From Minutocellus sp. GHC0000111 (lineage: Eukaryota): 64,000 nt of DNA. The stretch spans positions 3,100,001 through 3,164,000 of the forward strand of contig OZ361260.1 of the NCBI GenBank assembly GCA_977018835.1. The letters run 5' to 3'. Below the pieces are notes generated by a model, which saw nothing but the letters and a program-made list of their open reading frames with translations, was not told where the DNA came from and made no database searches. Positions 11,022 through 22,863 of the stretch are shown here, piece after piece (position 1 is the first letter of the stretch; the number at the start of each line of letters is the position of its first letter). A program made the position numbers and the translations under genes.

Positions 11022-11196
11022 CAAGTCGAATGTGTTCATCAGGATCCATGTCGGCGAGTAGACTCAACTGCGCCACTGGAATGTTGGCATGTGGAAACAT
11101 GAGCTTCAGAGGAACGAATACGCCGTGGTCGATGCCTCGATTCGTCTCACGCGACACATTGTCAAATATCCCGCCTTGGTAAGAAGTGATGATGAT
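11022..11196 (-). pseudogene. DODA/LigB dioxygenase pseudogene, next segment in inverted orientation
   Basis: Minus strand reads SLLTKAG / NVSRETNRGIDHGVFVPLKLMFPHANIPVAQLSLLADMDPDEHIRL, the expected continuation of the + strand fragment. Confidence 0.85.
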
Positions 11197-11439
11197 TCCA
11201 TGCCTAACCCTAGCAAAACCACACAGTCCTCTAGGGTCTCAATGCAGGCACCGACATCCGAACATCCCCGCTCTGTTTCCACAGATCATCACTCCCGAAT
11301 GAATGTGAATTGTCTCCCCCTCCCCACGACATCATCAGTCGAGGTCCCTTAGGACCATCGACTGGTGCTCCAGCACCCCAATGGAGCCGAATTGTCGTGA
11401 AAGAAGGCCGGTTGCTCCTTCCGAGCCTCCAATGTCTTC

Positions 11440-11880
11440 CGTTCACCGCATGGAACGAACATGATGAGTCGTCGAGCGGAGCATCGCGAGCGACATCCGA
11501 GACTGCTTGACGAAAAAGGACGTCCGGCAAAACGGCATGTTCCATTTGTGGTGGAGAGTTTTTGCCAATCGAGTCAACAGATTTCGCGCCTCCCGACCTA
11601 TGCAACCATCGCGAGACACCACAAAGGGAGCAAAGTCCAGCCGTTCCTCCCAGCATTCATCAGCAGCGTGCTTGCTTCCTCCGACGACGTGTTTCTCCAA
11701 CTCGGCGGCGGCACGAAGAACCTTCTCGAAGTTCTTCTTGCGGTGGGACTTGGAATCAAGGTCGACGACCTTGACATCCACCACACCGGTTGTGCCTTGA
11801 GAGAAGAGGTGCCGGCAAGCGACATCACCACGTTTCTTGTTCTCCGGCCATTCATCATCATGAGCTCCATCCGCCCTCCT
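11440..11880 (-). mobile_element. 3' fragment of a CRE-like non-LTR retrotransposon (restriction-like endonuclease domain)
   Basis: KRGDVACRHLFSQGTTGVVDVKVVDLDSKSH...ELEK...FAPFVVSRDGCIGREA...LAKTLHHKW...RMSLAMLR resembles the RGD...DV.V.D...FTPLV.S.DG pattern of RLE-type elements. No RT domain present. Confidence 0.7.
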
Positions 11881-12163
11881 GCCTTTTTAGTTTTTTTTCA
11901 AAAAATAAATAATGAAGTCGGTCTGCTCGTCGCCCGTCCACCGCCGTCACGACATGCCGCGTCACCGGCCGCATTTCTCCGGTGCAAGGCTGAGAGCAAG
12001 AAGAGAAGAACAAGAAGACGATGGTGCCGGCAGTAGCGTAGCTTTCAGCAATTTGAAGCTATTCAGCTTGTGGCATCATCACTTGGGCAGTGTCGGGATA
12101 TAGTGAGGTCGTGCGCAGCAGTCGGTAGAAAAGCGATACATCTCGTGCTGCAAACAACAAGTG

Positions 12164-15100
12164 ATGGACGGTCCGCCATCCAAGCCGTCCAACGGACGTT
12201 GTGGAGGGTCCTCCTTCTCTGCCAAAGACACCAACGGTACCAGCAGGGATGGTGTAGAGAGCAAAAAGAAACGGAAGGCATCTGCACGTGAACGAACGGC
12301 CGGCGTGTGTTCTCTGCCTGTGCATGCATCGTCACCATCACGACGGGCCATCGCCGCCTCCTCCAAGTCCGAACGACGAGCAGACCTGTCCGACCCCAGC
12401 AGCGACAATAGCAATCGGTCACCTTTGTCGTCGACTTCCATGCCCAAAAAGAAGCGAAAGATATCGAATGCGTCTGATCAAGATGCCGTTGCTGATCTCG
12501 ACCAAGACATGTCGTCTCCAAAATCTACCGGCAAGAATCAGAAGAAGAAGAAGCGCAAACTCCTGACCGACAGTACTGGTGGAAGCCCATCCGTGGCACC
12601 CATGACATCGGCACCGGCATCGGCACTGCCATCACCGTCCCGAGCGCAGGCGGCGGCGCAAAAGGGCAACAAGAGCCTGTCGGCGGTGGAAATGGCGCTG
12701 GCCAGGTTGGAGGCACGATCATTATCATCCGCAACCATAGCCAGTGGTAATGAGAGGTCCAACCCAGAGTCCCCGCTTTCGCCAGCAGCGAAACAACCCT
12801 CTGTTGGTATAGGGCGAGGCATTCCGCAAGATGCGGGAAAGCAACCCATCGCCAACCAAGAGGCACCAGCGGCAAAGAGCATAAAGAAGAAGAAAAGGAA
12901 GAAGCGTCACAGCCCCTTCCGCGTTCGGGTCGGATGCATCGTTGCCCTCCGATATCAATCTGGTGGTGTGGGGAATAGCAGCAGCAGCAACAGCAGCAAT
13001 ATTGTCAAGCGAGTTGGCGCCTCCAATGGCAACGATGCGGATAGCAGCGACGATGCGTCTACCACAGAGTTCATTGAGACTTGGGCCGATCCGCAGCCGG
13101 GACGGGACGATGGGTTGGCCCTCATCGGACGGCGGATTCGATGCATTTTTCCCAAATCAATGTGCGGTGCCGGCGCCGCATCATCACCCCCATCGTCGAG
13201 ACCGACCAGTCCGACAAAGCCTGGTTCACGCAGCGGTAGTCCTTCGCCTCGACGTCATCGGACATTGGAGGGCGAAGTGGTGGCGATATTGGATCGGAAG
13301 CGGGATGGAGGTCGTGGCACCGGTGGAAGCGGTACTACGACGGTCAGCCTTCTCATTGACCAGGCTGTCGCCAAGGAATATGGTGATTTCCTGCCTATCG
13401 ATGCAGTCGCTTCCGGCACAATGTATACTGCCGGCAATATATCTAGCACCGAAATGAAGCGGGTGGAAATGGAGCGCAAAATTCGAGGCGAGGGCAAGGT
13501 GGCCGTGCAGGTTTCACTGGCTGATGATGCGGGCTTGAGCGGCAGCGGGAGCAAATGCGGTGCGCGTTGGGTCATCAGGAAGCGCATCCCAGTGCCGGCT
13601 ACCATCATCGAGTCAACCAATGGCACCCCCAATAAGTCGCCTCATGAAATATTTGTTGGTGATGGAAATGATACCCCGGCTCAGCAACAGCAAAACTGGC
13701 GGTGGTTGGCGTCGTCATCGTCCACCGCATTTTCCGCTTCTGCTACAGCATCTGGGCCGTGTCCGGGTAGCTTGATCGGGGAAGTCATCAAAATTGAACC
13801 ATCTAACGATGCGATTGGTGCGGGTACACTTGCGACAATTACAGTGAGACGCATGTGGCTGCCGGAGCATACCTTGTCCGGTCGACTTGCGCATCACGGG
13901 GCGATGGAATTATTTGATGACGTTGAAACTGCGGGAGGGGGTGAAGCTGATGATGCGGTACTATTCAAAGTTCCGATTGAGCACCTTGTCATTGTTGGCC
14001 GGCATGTAGATCGTGCACAAATCATGGAGCAAAATGGTAACGAGCATTTTCAGATCGTGCGGAGCTATTCCGCAATGGACAATCGTTTCACAAATGTCTC
14101 TCAAAATGCGGACGAAGCAGAGGGACAACCGTCCGCAATTTGTCATCGGTGTAGAATTGCTTTCGACTCGGCCTTGACGCTCCAGTGCTCGTCAGAGGCT
14201 TGTCGACGTCAGTCTACGATATGGTGCAAAAAATGTATTGACCAAGTGCAGCGCTCTCTCTCGTTGGGCAACGGTGCTTTTGAAGCCGATGGGCAAGGCT
14301 GGATAGGACCGTGCTGTACCGGGCGATGCGACTGTGATTCTTGTCTTAGCTATTCGAGCAAATCGAATAGTGAAACGACGCTATCGAGTGATATCTGTTC
14401 AGTTTGCGCTAAACCGTGTGCTGATGGACCTGTCAGTTGCAAGAAATGTTCACGTACCTCTCATCAAGAGTGTGCCGCTTGGGAGCGGGCTTTACGACAC
14501 ACTGCTGAGGAGGGCGCTCTTCCATCCGATATTTTGTGCACTCTTGGCAAGGCCGTTGCGGCAACAAAGATTAAATGTCGCGCCTGTCGACACAAGAAGA
14601 AACAAAAGAAGAGCGAGAAGATGAATCACGATTGTTTCCAGAGCGGAGCCGATCCCTTCAAGAATTTGAGTCGGCTTATAGCATCAGCTAATCCCTCCAA
14701 CTTTGATATCCCCGCATCGTTTGGTACCGCAAGCAAAAACGAGCTATCTTTTGAACCTTTTGTAGGAGCGCCGAAGAGGAAACTCCCCAAATCTACACCA
14801 TTATCAATGCCTATGAAGATTGGGGATGAAAAGACGGATGGTGCACGTTCTTCAAAAGAAAAGAAACGAGCGAAATCGCCAGGAAATAAGAGAAAACGGG
14901 CATCGACACCACCAGTACCGTCGGCCAACATTATCAAACCAACAGATATGGAGGGATCGGAAGCGGCGCTGTTCAAACCGACGTGCAGCCGCACTCTACA
15001 GTATGACCCTACCGAGAAGAATTTGAATGCCCTTCACAGCTTCGACCCGCTTGATGACATAAATGGAAGGGTTCATATCAGCCGACGGAGGACAGATGCC

Positions 15101-15763
15101 GATGACGTTTGCGATTCATCTACCAAAGTGGTTGAAACCAAGAAGGCAAACAGCCGTGCAGCTCGGGCAAGCCAGCGAAGAATGTTGCGGGATGTTGCTT
15201 CCTTCGGTGCATCTGGTCTTGGCGTTGATACTCTTGCGGGTCGAGACAAGGAGCAGTCCATACGTTTCGGTAGAAGCGGCATCCATGCCTGGGGCGTCTT
15301 TGCTGATGAAAAGATATCAAAGGGCGACATGATTGTCGAGTATCGTGGGGTCCTCATCAGCAACAGGGTAGCCGAAAAGCGCGAGAAGGAATATGAAAAG
15401 AGCAAAGTCGGGTCTGACTATATGTTTCGAATCGACAGCGAGGTGGTTTGCGACGCGACATACCAAGGGAATGTGGCACGCTTCATTAACGCGAGTTGCG
15501 AGCCCAACTGTTTCACAAAGATCGTCACGATTGATGGCACAAAGCGCATCGTTATCTTTGCGAAGAGCAACATAATACCCGGCGAAGAGCTCGTTTACGA
15601 TTACATGTTTCCTCTGGAGTACGACGAGAAGAAACGAATTCCGTGCCACTGTGGTTCTACAAAGTGCAAGGGATTCATGAACTGGGACAATCGCTATGTC
15701 GTGATACCTCCGAAGGAAAAAGACGAAGAAAAGCAAAAGAAATCATCGACTTCGAAGTCTTAG
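12164..15763 (+). CDS. Set1/trithorax-like histone lysine methyltransferase (probable H3K4) with Cys-rich zinc fingers
   Basis: C-terminal SET (RFGRSGIHAWGVFA, IVEYRG, YMFRID, GNVARFINASCEPNC, GEELVYDY) and post-SET CHCGSTKCKG. Upstream CxxC clusters resemble zf-4CXXC and PHD fingers. Confidence 0.9.
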   Translation: MDGPPSKPSNGRCGGSSFSAKDTNGTSRDGVESKKKRKASARERTAGVCSLPVHASSPSRRAIAASSKSERRADLSDPSSDNSNRSPLSSTSMPKKKRKISNASDQDAVADLDQDMSSPKSTGKNQKKKKRKLLTDSTGGSPSVAPMTSAPASALPSPSRAQAAAQKGNKSLSAVEMALARLEARSLSSATIASGNERSNPESPLSPAAKQPSVGIGRGIPQDAGKQPIANQEAPAAKSIKKKKRKKRHSPFRVRVGCIVALRYQSGGVGNSSSSNSSNIVKRVGASNGNDADSSDDASTTEFIETWADPQPGRDDGLALIGRRIRCIFPKSMCGAGAASSPPSSRPTSPTKPGSRSGSPSPRRHRTLEGEVVAILDRKRDGGRGTGGSGTTTVSLLIDQAVAKEYGDFLPIDAVASGTMYTAGNISSTEMKRVEMERKIRGEGKVAVQVSLADDAGLSGSGSKCGARWVIRKRIPVPATIIESTNGTPNKSPHEIFVGDGNDTPAQQQQNWRWLASSSSTAFSASATASGPCPGSLIGEVIKIEPSNDAIGAGTLATITVRRMWLPEHTLSGRLAHHGAMELFDDVETAGGGEADDAVLFKVPIEHLVIVGRHVDRAQIMEQNGNEHFQIVRSYSAMDNRFTNVSQNADEAEGQPSAICHRCRIAFDSALTLQCSSEACRRQSTIWCKKCIDQVQRSLSLGNGAFEADGQGWIGPCCTGRCDCDSCLSYSSKSNSETTLSSDICSVCAKPCADGPVSCKKCSRTSHQECAAWERALRHTAEEGALPSDILCTLGKAVAATKIKCRACRHKKKQKKSEKMNHDCFQSGADPFKNLSRLIASANPSNFDIPASFGTASKNELSFEPFVGAPKRKLPKSTPLSMPMKIGDEKTDGARSSKEKKRAKSPGNKRKRASTPPVPSANIIKPTDMEGSEAALFKPTCSRTLQYDPTEKNLNALHSFDPLDDINGRVHISRRRTDADDVCDSSTKVVETKKANSRAARASQRRMLRDVASFGASGLGVDTLAGRDKEQSIRFGRSGIHAWGVFADEKISKGDMIVEYRGVLISNRVAEKREKEYEKSKVGSDYMFRIDSEVVCDATYQGNVARFINASCEPNCFTKIVTIDGTKRIVIFAKSNIIPGEELVYDYMFPLEYDEKKRIPCHCGSTKCKGFMNWDNRYVVIPPKEKDEEKQKKSSTSKS

Positions 15764-15890
15764 GGATGCCAGCAGTTGGGGCAAGGAGCTGATAACAGCA
15801 GTAACGGGAGAAAAGATAAAGCCAGGCCGGATAAGCGCCAGGCACTACTATCGTAGCAATGGTATGATATTCTTATGTGATTAGCTGCAT

Positions 15891-18800
15891 TTATTTCGTT
15901 TTGAATCGACGCATAGATGCGCGTTCCATTTGCTTAAAGATGCCAGGCCTGGCCGCCGGAGGAGAAGGCAAGCTCAAACGATTGTCACTACCATTGAGGT
16001 CGGTGCTCCCATTCAAATCAACAACGTTTTCTTCATTCAAACCTCTTTCAAAGCCCTCTTCCTCATCACCGCTCAAGCTATCATCATCGACAAAGGCATC
16101 AATCTCGTCTTTCTTTTTTCCGGAAGAGAATGCTCCCAAGATTGAGGACGCAAGAGAACCAAGCGAGCCTTTCGATCCCTTGCTGCTCGTTCCACTGGCT
16201 CTCCTGTCAAGTTTCTTCCCAGTGCCGTCCTTCTTCAGTGCTCCAAAGGTAGTTGGAATGGCATCCGGTTCATCGGGTGGTTGTAACTCCGTTGTGCTTG
16301 TACCGGACACGGCACTGATTACAGGAAGCTGCCCTCTCGATATAATGGGTGGAGGCAAATCAGCATTCTCACCGCGAGCGATGGCGTTGCCACTTTCCCG
16401 TCGAGGCAACTCGTCACCAAATGTAACGATATTCCTCTCAGATGAGAACTTCTTGCTGCCTGCGAGCCCGCGCATTGTATCCATTGTCGCTCGATGGTGC
16501 TGATGCCCTTGATAAGAGGAATGCCGAAACGGATTATCTGCTTTACCATGCCTTTTTTGTGTTTGCGTAGCAAGCATGTCCAGAGACGATTTCTTCTTAT
16601 TCTTCGGGGGGTTTCCAGTGGTCTTGGGTACATGGTTTTTGCCAATTAGAGCTGGATCAATGGACAGATCAACGCTGTACTCGGAGGCCAAGTCCTTCAG
16701 CCGACGCAATATGGGCTCGTGCGTATCATACGCTAGCTTGAATTTTATGCCGCCCTCATCATCTTTCAGCTTTCCATCAGCTTTCTTGGCCAGGGACGCC
16801 CCTTTCCGGATGAGAATCTTGGTAAGCGCGAGATCACCAAGGCGTTTGATATCCGCGTTCCTTTCTATTACCCTCTCTGCAAGTAAAAGACAGATTTCGG
16901 CACTCAGAGATGAGATACTCCAACATAGAGATGTGTAAATGTTATCGAGCATTGGTGGCACTTCACCGTTGTTGCCCTCGGCCATAAACTCGATATCAGC
17001 ATCCATATCATTATAAGGGTCCGATTCTCCACAAAGCTTGAGAAGAAGCATCATGGGGCGCATCAGTGGCTTAGCTGGCGTCTTGGCGCCATCTTTGAAA
17101 TGTTTCTCGTAATTCTTGATGACATACTTTTCATAGAGGTCTCGAGCTCGACTTGCTTCTCCTCTTGATTTGAGAAGTTTGATGATTGGCAGCAAGGTGA
17201 CGTTGAAATTGAGAACATTTGTAGGATCCATCTTGTCGAGAATTTCATCAATCACATACTCGCAGGAGCGCATACCAAGCTCTTTCTTTCCCACTTCCAC
17301 ATACCAAAGAGCCGAAAACGCATATGCCTGGGCACACCGATCTGTACCATAGTGCTTTGACACCAAGTCAGAGTGTTTGTCGATATTATAAACCGATTTC
17401 ATGGTGGTGAAAGCATCGAGAGCTTCATCAAACCGACTTCCTTTGGCCAATACCTCGGCCTGCATTGCCAATGCTCGAGCATAATGAACTGGATCGCCAG
17501 ATAAGTCATGGTGTTTCTTCGTTTCAGCGACAAATCGTCGAACAAGATCCCCCTCAAAAGAAGCGGGTTTCTGAATTTTGCCACCTTTGAGAAAGACAAA
17601 GATGCCCGAGAAGCAAGGAAAAATAATTGATCGATCGTGAATATTTGCTGCAGCAGGGGCATTCGCGAAGATGTCTAATGCATCTAGCCATGCCTCAGCA
17701 GCCTTTGAGGTGGCACGGCTGTCTTCGGATGCGAACGAACCAAGGACTCTGCCCTTGGCAATGAGAAGATCGCATATCATCGTTACCTCCTTTTTGGTGA
17801 GAGCATTTACCTCGTCCTCCGTGTAATCACCAACGAGAGCTTTGTCGCGACGGTTGTGATCAGTCTTCCAAAGATTGAGGGCGTCATCATAGATTTGGAC
17901 CGTCTTTTTGCTCTGCCCGATGTCTTCGTACATCTTCGCGACGGTTAAAGCCAAACTAGCCGCCTTCTCATTCGCTTCAGCTTGCTGCCGCCGTTTGTTC
18001 CGGTCGTCTTGGGAGTTCGACGTCTGAGTCACAGATTGCGATGCTGCATCCGCATCATCCTCGACAATAGACGTGCGGCGACGACGTTGCCTTCTTTCGC
18101 TTCCTCTTCCACCACCCGTTCCCAGTCTTCGCAACAAATGACTGACTACCATCACCTTCTCTCCTCGCCATATCGGCTTGAGCTTATTGATGACAATGAA
18201 TCGAATAGGCGGCACCACAGTGCCGCCAACGACGAGAAATGCTGTCGCATAAAGTTGTGTATCCGGTGTCCGAGCCAGAGCTGCGGCAGGTACAGAACCG
18301 ATGGTTACAATTAGGAAAATATGACAAGCACGGATAAAGGCGTGCAACTCGTCAAAAACATCAGGTAGGCCAGAACTATCAAAACTGAGAAGAAATGTGA
18401 GGAAGTAGGGGCACAACGTAAGGATAACACCAACGATGAAGCTTGCTAGGCCACTGGGCCGTTCACACTTGTGGTATGCTACCATTATTTCGTCGTCATA
18501 GTGAATCGCTCGAGTTTCTCGCATGACCGGAACCGCAATATTGAGTATCTGCAGAATTATTTGTGGAATCATGAGAACGAAAACTAGAAAGAGCAGCCGA
18601 TCGACGGGCACTTTCCGCCGAATGGACATGGCCGAATTCCGTCGTCGGGCGTTTTGGCGATAATAGCTGCCTCTCCTCAAATGCAAAAAGCGCAGCAATC
18701 TCTTCCAATTGGAAATGACACTCAGTATCTTTTCTTCATCTCAACGATCCGTCTCTGGATCTTTCGCCGTCTTCTCCGTCGGGATCGGGTCATATCCTCG

Positions 18801-19872
18801 CTGGCACCATCTCCTAACGTTGTCTCGGAATCACTTGCATGCAGACTGCCCAGCCGTCCCTCACCACCAAAGCTGCTGGCCCCACCAAGGGATAGTACTG
18901 GTGACATGATGGTTGATATGCGCCAAACTCTTCCAGCCAGCACCGACCCTGACAAACTGAGGGCTGTCAAAATGACCGGTTGGCGGAAGGTACAACCCCA
19001 ATCCGACCACGGGATCAACAGGTAGCAACCACCAATGGCTACAGCACTCGACATCGTAAAGAAGGCCAGTACCGACGGCTGGCTCAGTTGCATCGATGGT
19101 ACCTTGCGATGTTTGATGGAAAATGTGAGCCATAGCATGAGCGATATGAGGAGAGCCAGGATGGTCGAATAAAATATCCGCAAGCCGAGCGACAGAGTCA
19201 GAAAGGTGTACCCTTCGAGATTTGCTTGTGAGGGAGTGGGAACTTGAAAGACATCCGACAAGGTCGATCGACTCTGCGGTCGGCCGGTCGTTGCTGATAA
19301 CAACATGTCGTGGACGTCACGCGGTCCCACTTCCTTCATTCTCTGAAGGCGACCGTTCTGGCTGTCTCTTGCGCCGTTCGCACCTTCATATCGAATACCA
19401 TTTTTTGTATCAGGCAAAAACTTTTCACCCCGCTTGGAATCGAATGTGTATTTTATCTCGCGATTATCTATCGCCTGCAAACTCATGATCAGTCTCTTTT
19501 GTTGTAGCCCCCATTTCTACCCTTTTCGCCATGTCATAAGATACGCCACTTTTTCGGTTAACTTTGATATATTCGTGCTTGGAATGTCTCGATTTATTAG
19601 AGATACCATTGCCTGTATATAAATCATGGGTCGAGGGATGGCCATTCCTCCTTTTCCGAGATCTTCCTCCTGTAGGCGGAGCAGGCAATTCGACGGTTCC
19701 GATGTTTCCGACCGCACTGTTCGGGTTGGAACCAGTGGGGGAAGCGCCGGACGGACGTCGGCAATGGTGACGCGGCCAGAAGAAGAACAGCAACAGCGGC
19801 GGCCAAGCTCACATGAGAGGCCGGGAAGACCTCTCGCCGCCTCTTTCGACTGTATGGTTGGGAGTCCGTCAT
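15891..19872 (-). pseudogene. Family C GPCR-like 7TM protein fused to a TPR-like helical domain; three frameshifts as assembled
   Basis: Four overlapping ORFs (19872, 19793, 19486 and 18698 frames) join if insertions at 19749-56, 19465-72 and 18728-36 are removed. Signal peptide, SMQLSQPSVL...C.FRQP...RVWRI 7tm_3-like helices, LPDVFDE, then a helical repeat region. Confidence 0.7.
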
Positions 19873-20153
19873 CTTTTCCTCATGATGGCATGAATTATGC
19901 TGCTCTCATCGTCGGCCCATGCATCTTGTTTTGTATTGTTGAAGATGTTTTTGAGGCACTAAAATTAGTGCTACTCCTCTGTGCCAACGATGCCAACGAT
20001 GGAATTCGACAGCGTCAGCATCAGGTGCAGCAACGGGTCACGGTGCGGTGAGGCAACAGGCAAGGAAACATCAAGCAAGAGCAATGCAGCGCAATTGATG
20101 AGTATATAGCGCAATAGATGCAGTGCATAGACGACTCTTCTAGCTTCTTGAAA

Positions 20154-21545
20154 ATGCCGTCGAAAATCGGTGCACTTACGTGCATCCTTCTTTTCAACAT
20201 TTGCAAGTGCAATGCCTTCTTTTCGCCAATGCCCATCACCATCCGCCGGCGGTATGCCTGCGGTAGACTGTCCTCCAGGTCAAGGAGCCTGTGCATGAGC
20301 AATGCGGCAGAGCTTCACACGGGATATGAATGGCTGGCGCGACAAAAGTTAGACGCCTATCGCAAGGACGACGCGAATACGTGTAATGGCAAGGACTCGA
20401 AACTTGGGCACGAGATAATTTGGATGGACATTGAAAGCGGTTTGAGAGGGAAAAGTATAGACACGAGGGCAGATACCAGCCATAACGATGACAACGGAGA
20501 AGATCCTGATTCCACATTGACCGCTGATAAAGGCAGAGATATGCAGCAACTTCCTCTCTACCCGCTGGGAGCAGTCCATTTGCCATCACCTGGCCAGATA
20601 CATACGCTCAACAATATCGAGCCACGTAACATCAAGATGGCGAAGGATTTGGTGGATCCCGAAGGTAAATTTGACGGCAGATTTTGTGTCACGTTGCGTG
20701 CGTCCGATACTGGAAGGATTGCACAGACCGCAACTCTCATGCGTGTGGTCAATACAACTAGGCAAGAGAGTTTTGATGGGAGTTTGTTGGCCATACGAGT
20801 CGAATGTGTTGCGGAAGGTTTGGTAGAAGTGCAGCAGATAATGAATCCAAGTGCCTGGTCCAAGGAGCAACGATTAAAAAAGTCGGATGAATACCTTGTT
20901 GCCAATGTGCGGCCGACAAATGAAGATACAGTTGATGATGACGACAACGCACAAGTCATGGATGCTCTCGCCAAACAAGCTGAAAACGATTTTGAGACAG
21001 TGCGCAAAATATACTCCAACAAGGATGCTGTTTCTACAAACGAACTCCCCGAATGGGCGATCGATGCAATCCAATCAAATCTACCACCGTTGTCGGCCTT
21101 TGATTTCGCCAATGACTTTTGGCGGTGTGCGGACACGTGGCAGCAACTTACGAACACAATTAGAATGGTTTGTCGGTCCGAGCTCAACTCAGACGTAAAC
21201 GAGATTACCATCGACGAGGCGTGCAAGCTTGGGGGTCCTCTGAAGCTGCCCGTTCACAGGAGTGATCTGCCTATTGACGTACAAAAGCGTCTCAATAAAA
21301 TGGAGGAGGATGCGGCAGAAAATTTCTTAGCTCGAGGGATTGATCCCATTGTTGATTTTCAGTTCATTCTGTCGATGTTCAGTCCTCTTGATCGTCTCAA
21401 GTATTTGTCTCTGCTCATATCTCGCGAAAGACGACGACTCGAGACAAAGTCCACTCTGCGCCAAATATTCGAGGTCGTTGATGAAAATGTTGCCGAATGG
21501 TCGGTCAGTCCTCTCAACAGCAATGTGACAAGCGCGTTCGATTAG
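20154..21545 (+). CDS. Plastid-targeted protein with Lon substrate-binding (PUA-like) domain
   Basis: Signal peptide ending CNA-F; LPLYPLGAVHLP...LNNIEPRNIKMAKDL motif typical of LON N-terminal domains. Confidence 0.75.
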   Translation: MPSKIGALTCILLFNICKCNAFFSPMPITIRRRYACGRLSSRSRSLCMSNAAELHTGYEWLARQKLDAYRKDDANTCNGKDSKLGHEIIWMDIESGLRGKSIDTRADTSHNDDNGEDPDSTLTADKGRDMQQLPLYPLGAVHLPSPGQIHTLNNIEPRNIKMAKDLVDPEGKFDGRFCVTLRASDTGRIAQTATLMRVVNTTRQESFDGSLLAIRVECVAEGLVEVQQIMNPSAWSKEQRLKKSDEYLVANVRPTNEDTVDDDDNAQVMDALAKQAENDFETVRKIYSNKDAVSTNELPEWAIDAIQSNLPPLSAFDFANDFWRCADTWQQLTNTIRMVCRSELNSDVNEITIDEACKLGGPLKLPVHRSDLPIDVQKRLNKMEEDAAENFLARGIDPIVDFQFILSMFSPLDRLKYLSLLISRERRRLETKSTLRQIFEVVDENVAEWSVSPLNSNVTSAFD

Positions 21546-21801
21546 CTTTGTGTTGCGATATCCTTTCCACGTTTTTTTTTTCTCTTGTATTTTTATCAGC
21601 GCCATATCATCTACGAAAGAAGCAACTTAAAGTTCAATTGCTAACAGTACCCGTTATCATATTATATTGGTATGTCTTTACCGTATTGACTCCTGTACCT
21701 TAATTTGCCATGCATGCCAAGGTGCCAACATGAACAGTTCTTTTATTTACGTAGTTGGATGGAAATCGTTGTGCTACAATATATATAGGTGAGAATTCAA
21801 C

Positions 21802-22863
21802 TTAGGTCTCCTTCTTGTAGGCAATGACCTCCTCCTGGCCGACGGCCTTCTGGACGGTGACAGTGACGGTGTTCTCGCCCTCATTCCAGGCCTCACGGAT
21901 CTCGTCGGCCATCTCCTCGGGGAAGGTGGGGAGCTTGACGTCGACCTTCTGCTCGCCGGCCTCGTCCATGAGGGTGAGCTGACCATCCTCCTCGATGTCG
22001 ATGATCTCCCAGTCGGAGCGGCCGACGACGGGGACGGTGGTGCCGTGGGTGGAGGGGACCATATCCTCGAGCTTCTTGCCGGTGAAGATGTCGACGGCGG
22101 TGAAGTTGCACTTGGCATGGCCGTGCTTGCCGGTCTTGGAGACGGAGATGGAAAGAACCTTGCAGGGCTTGCCCTTGATCATGATGTATCTGTGTGATGA
22201 ATGAAAGAATGTGGAGAAATGAAGTGGTAAGAAAGATGTTTGGCGGAAGGGCAGGCATTCGAGATAAGAAAGCATTCTTTTTCATCATTTTCCCACCAAC
22301 GCGTCTGTCGGGACCAAAATAATAACCTATTACGATCTCCGAAGCAATGGCCGTCGCACTGGCGGGCGTTTGATTTCAACGAGCACCACCAGCAGAACTT
22401 GATACCATCGGCACTATCTGTGATCCGAGAGACCCATGTGTTCAGTTTCAACCTTGACGCGCTTTCACACATTCCGACCGAGGCGTGCAGTGCATCGATG
22501 TGCATCCCTGGCGGAAACAGCATGCCTGATTTGAATTTTTCTTCGGAAACGAATCTCATCATCTTCCCCAGTGTCCGAGACCGCTAGATCAAGACCAGAG
22601 CACACTGATTATCGAGAGTCCCAATGGCTTCATGCGCTCTTCGATGGCGGGTAGCATGATCAGTCCGGCATTTGTGCGTCATTGTGCCAAACAGGTGCTA
22701 ACCGGAGAGCCCTGCCTGAAATGTTGCAGCACGAAATAAATCGCGCCTGCGCGGGACTTATTGCAAAAACTTACCCTCCCTTCTTGATCTGACCGGCCTC
22801 CATGGGGATGGTGTCGGAGGCACCGGCATCGGTGGACTCGATGGCGAATTCGTTGTCGGACAT
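21802..22863 (-). CDS. eIF5A: Eukaryotic translation initiation factor 5A (2 exons; intron 22190-22774)
   Basis: Exon 1 MSDNEFAIESTDAGASDTIPMEAGQIKKG|gtaagt; acceptor cacag; exon 2 YIMIKGKPCK...SKTGKHGHAK hypusine motif. Confidence 0.97.

Noticed and set aside
11203..11213. CCTAACCCTA telomere-like motif near the inversion junction
   Set aside because: Fewer than two repeats; compatible with chance.
18722..18740. Programmed ribosomal frameshifting at the various frame breaks
   Set aside because: No consistent slippery heptamer or downstream structure; the breaks are explained by short duplications.
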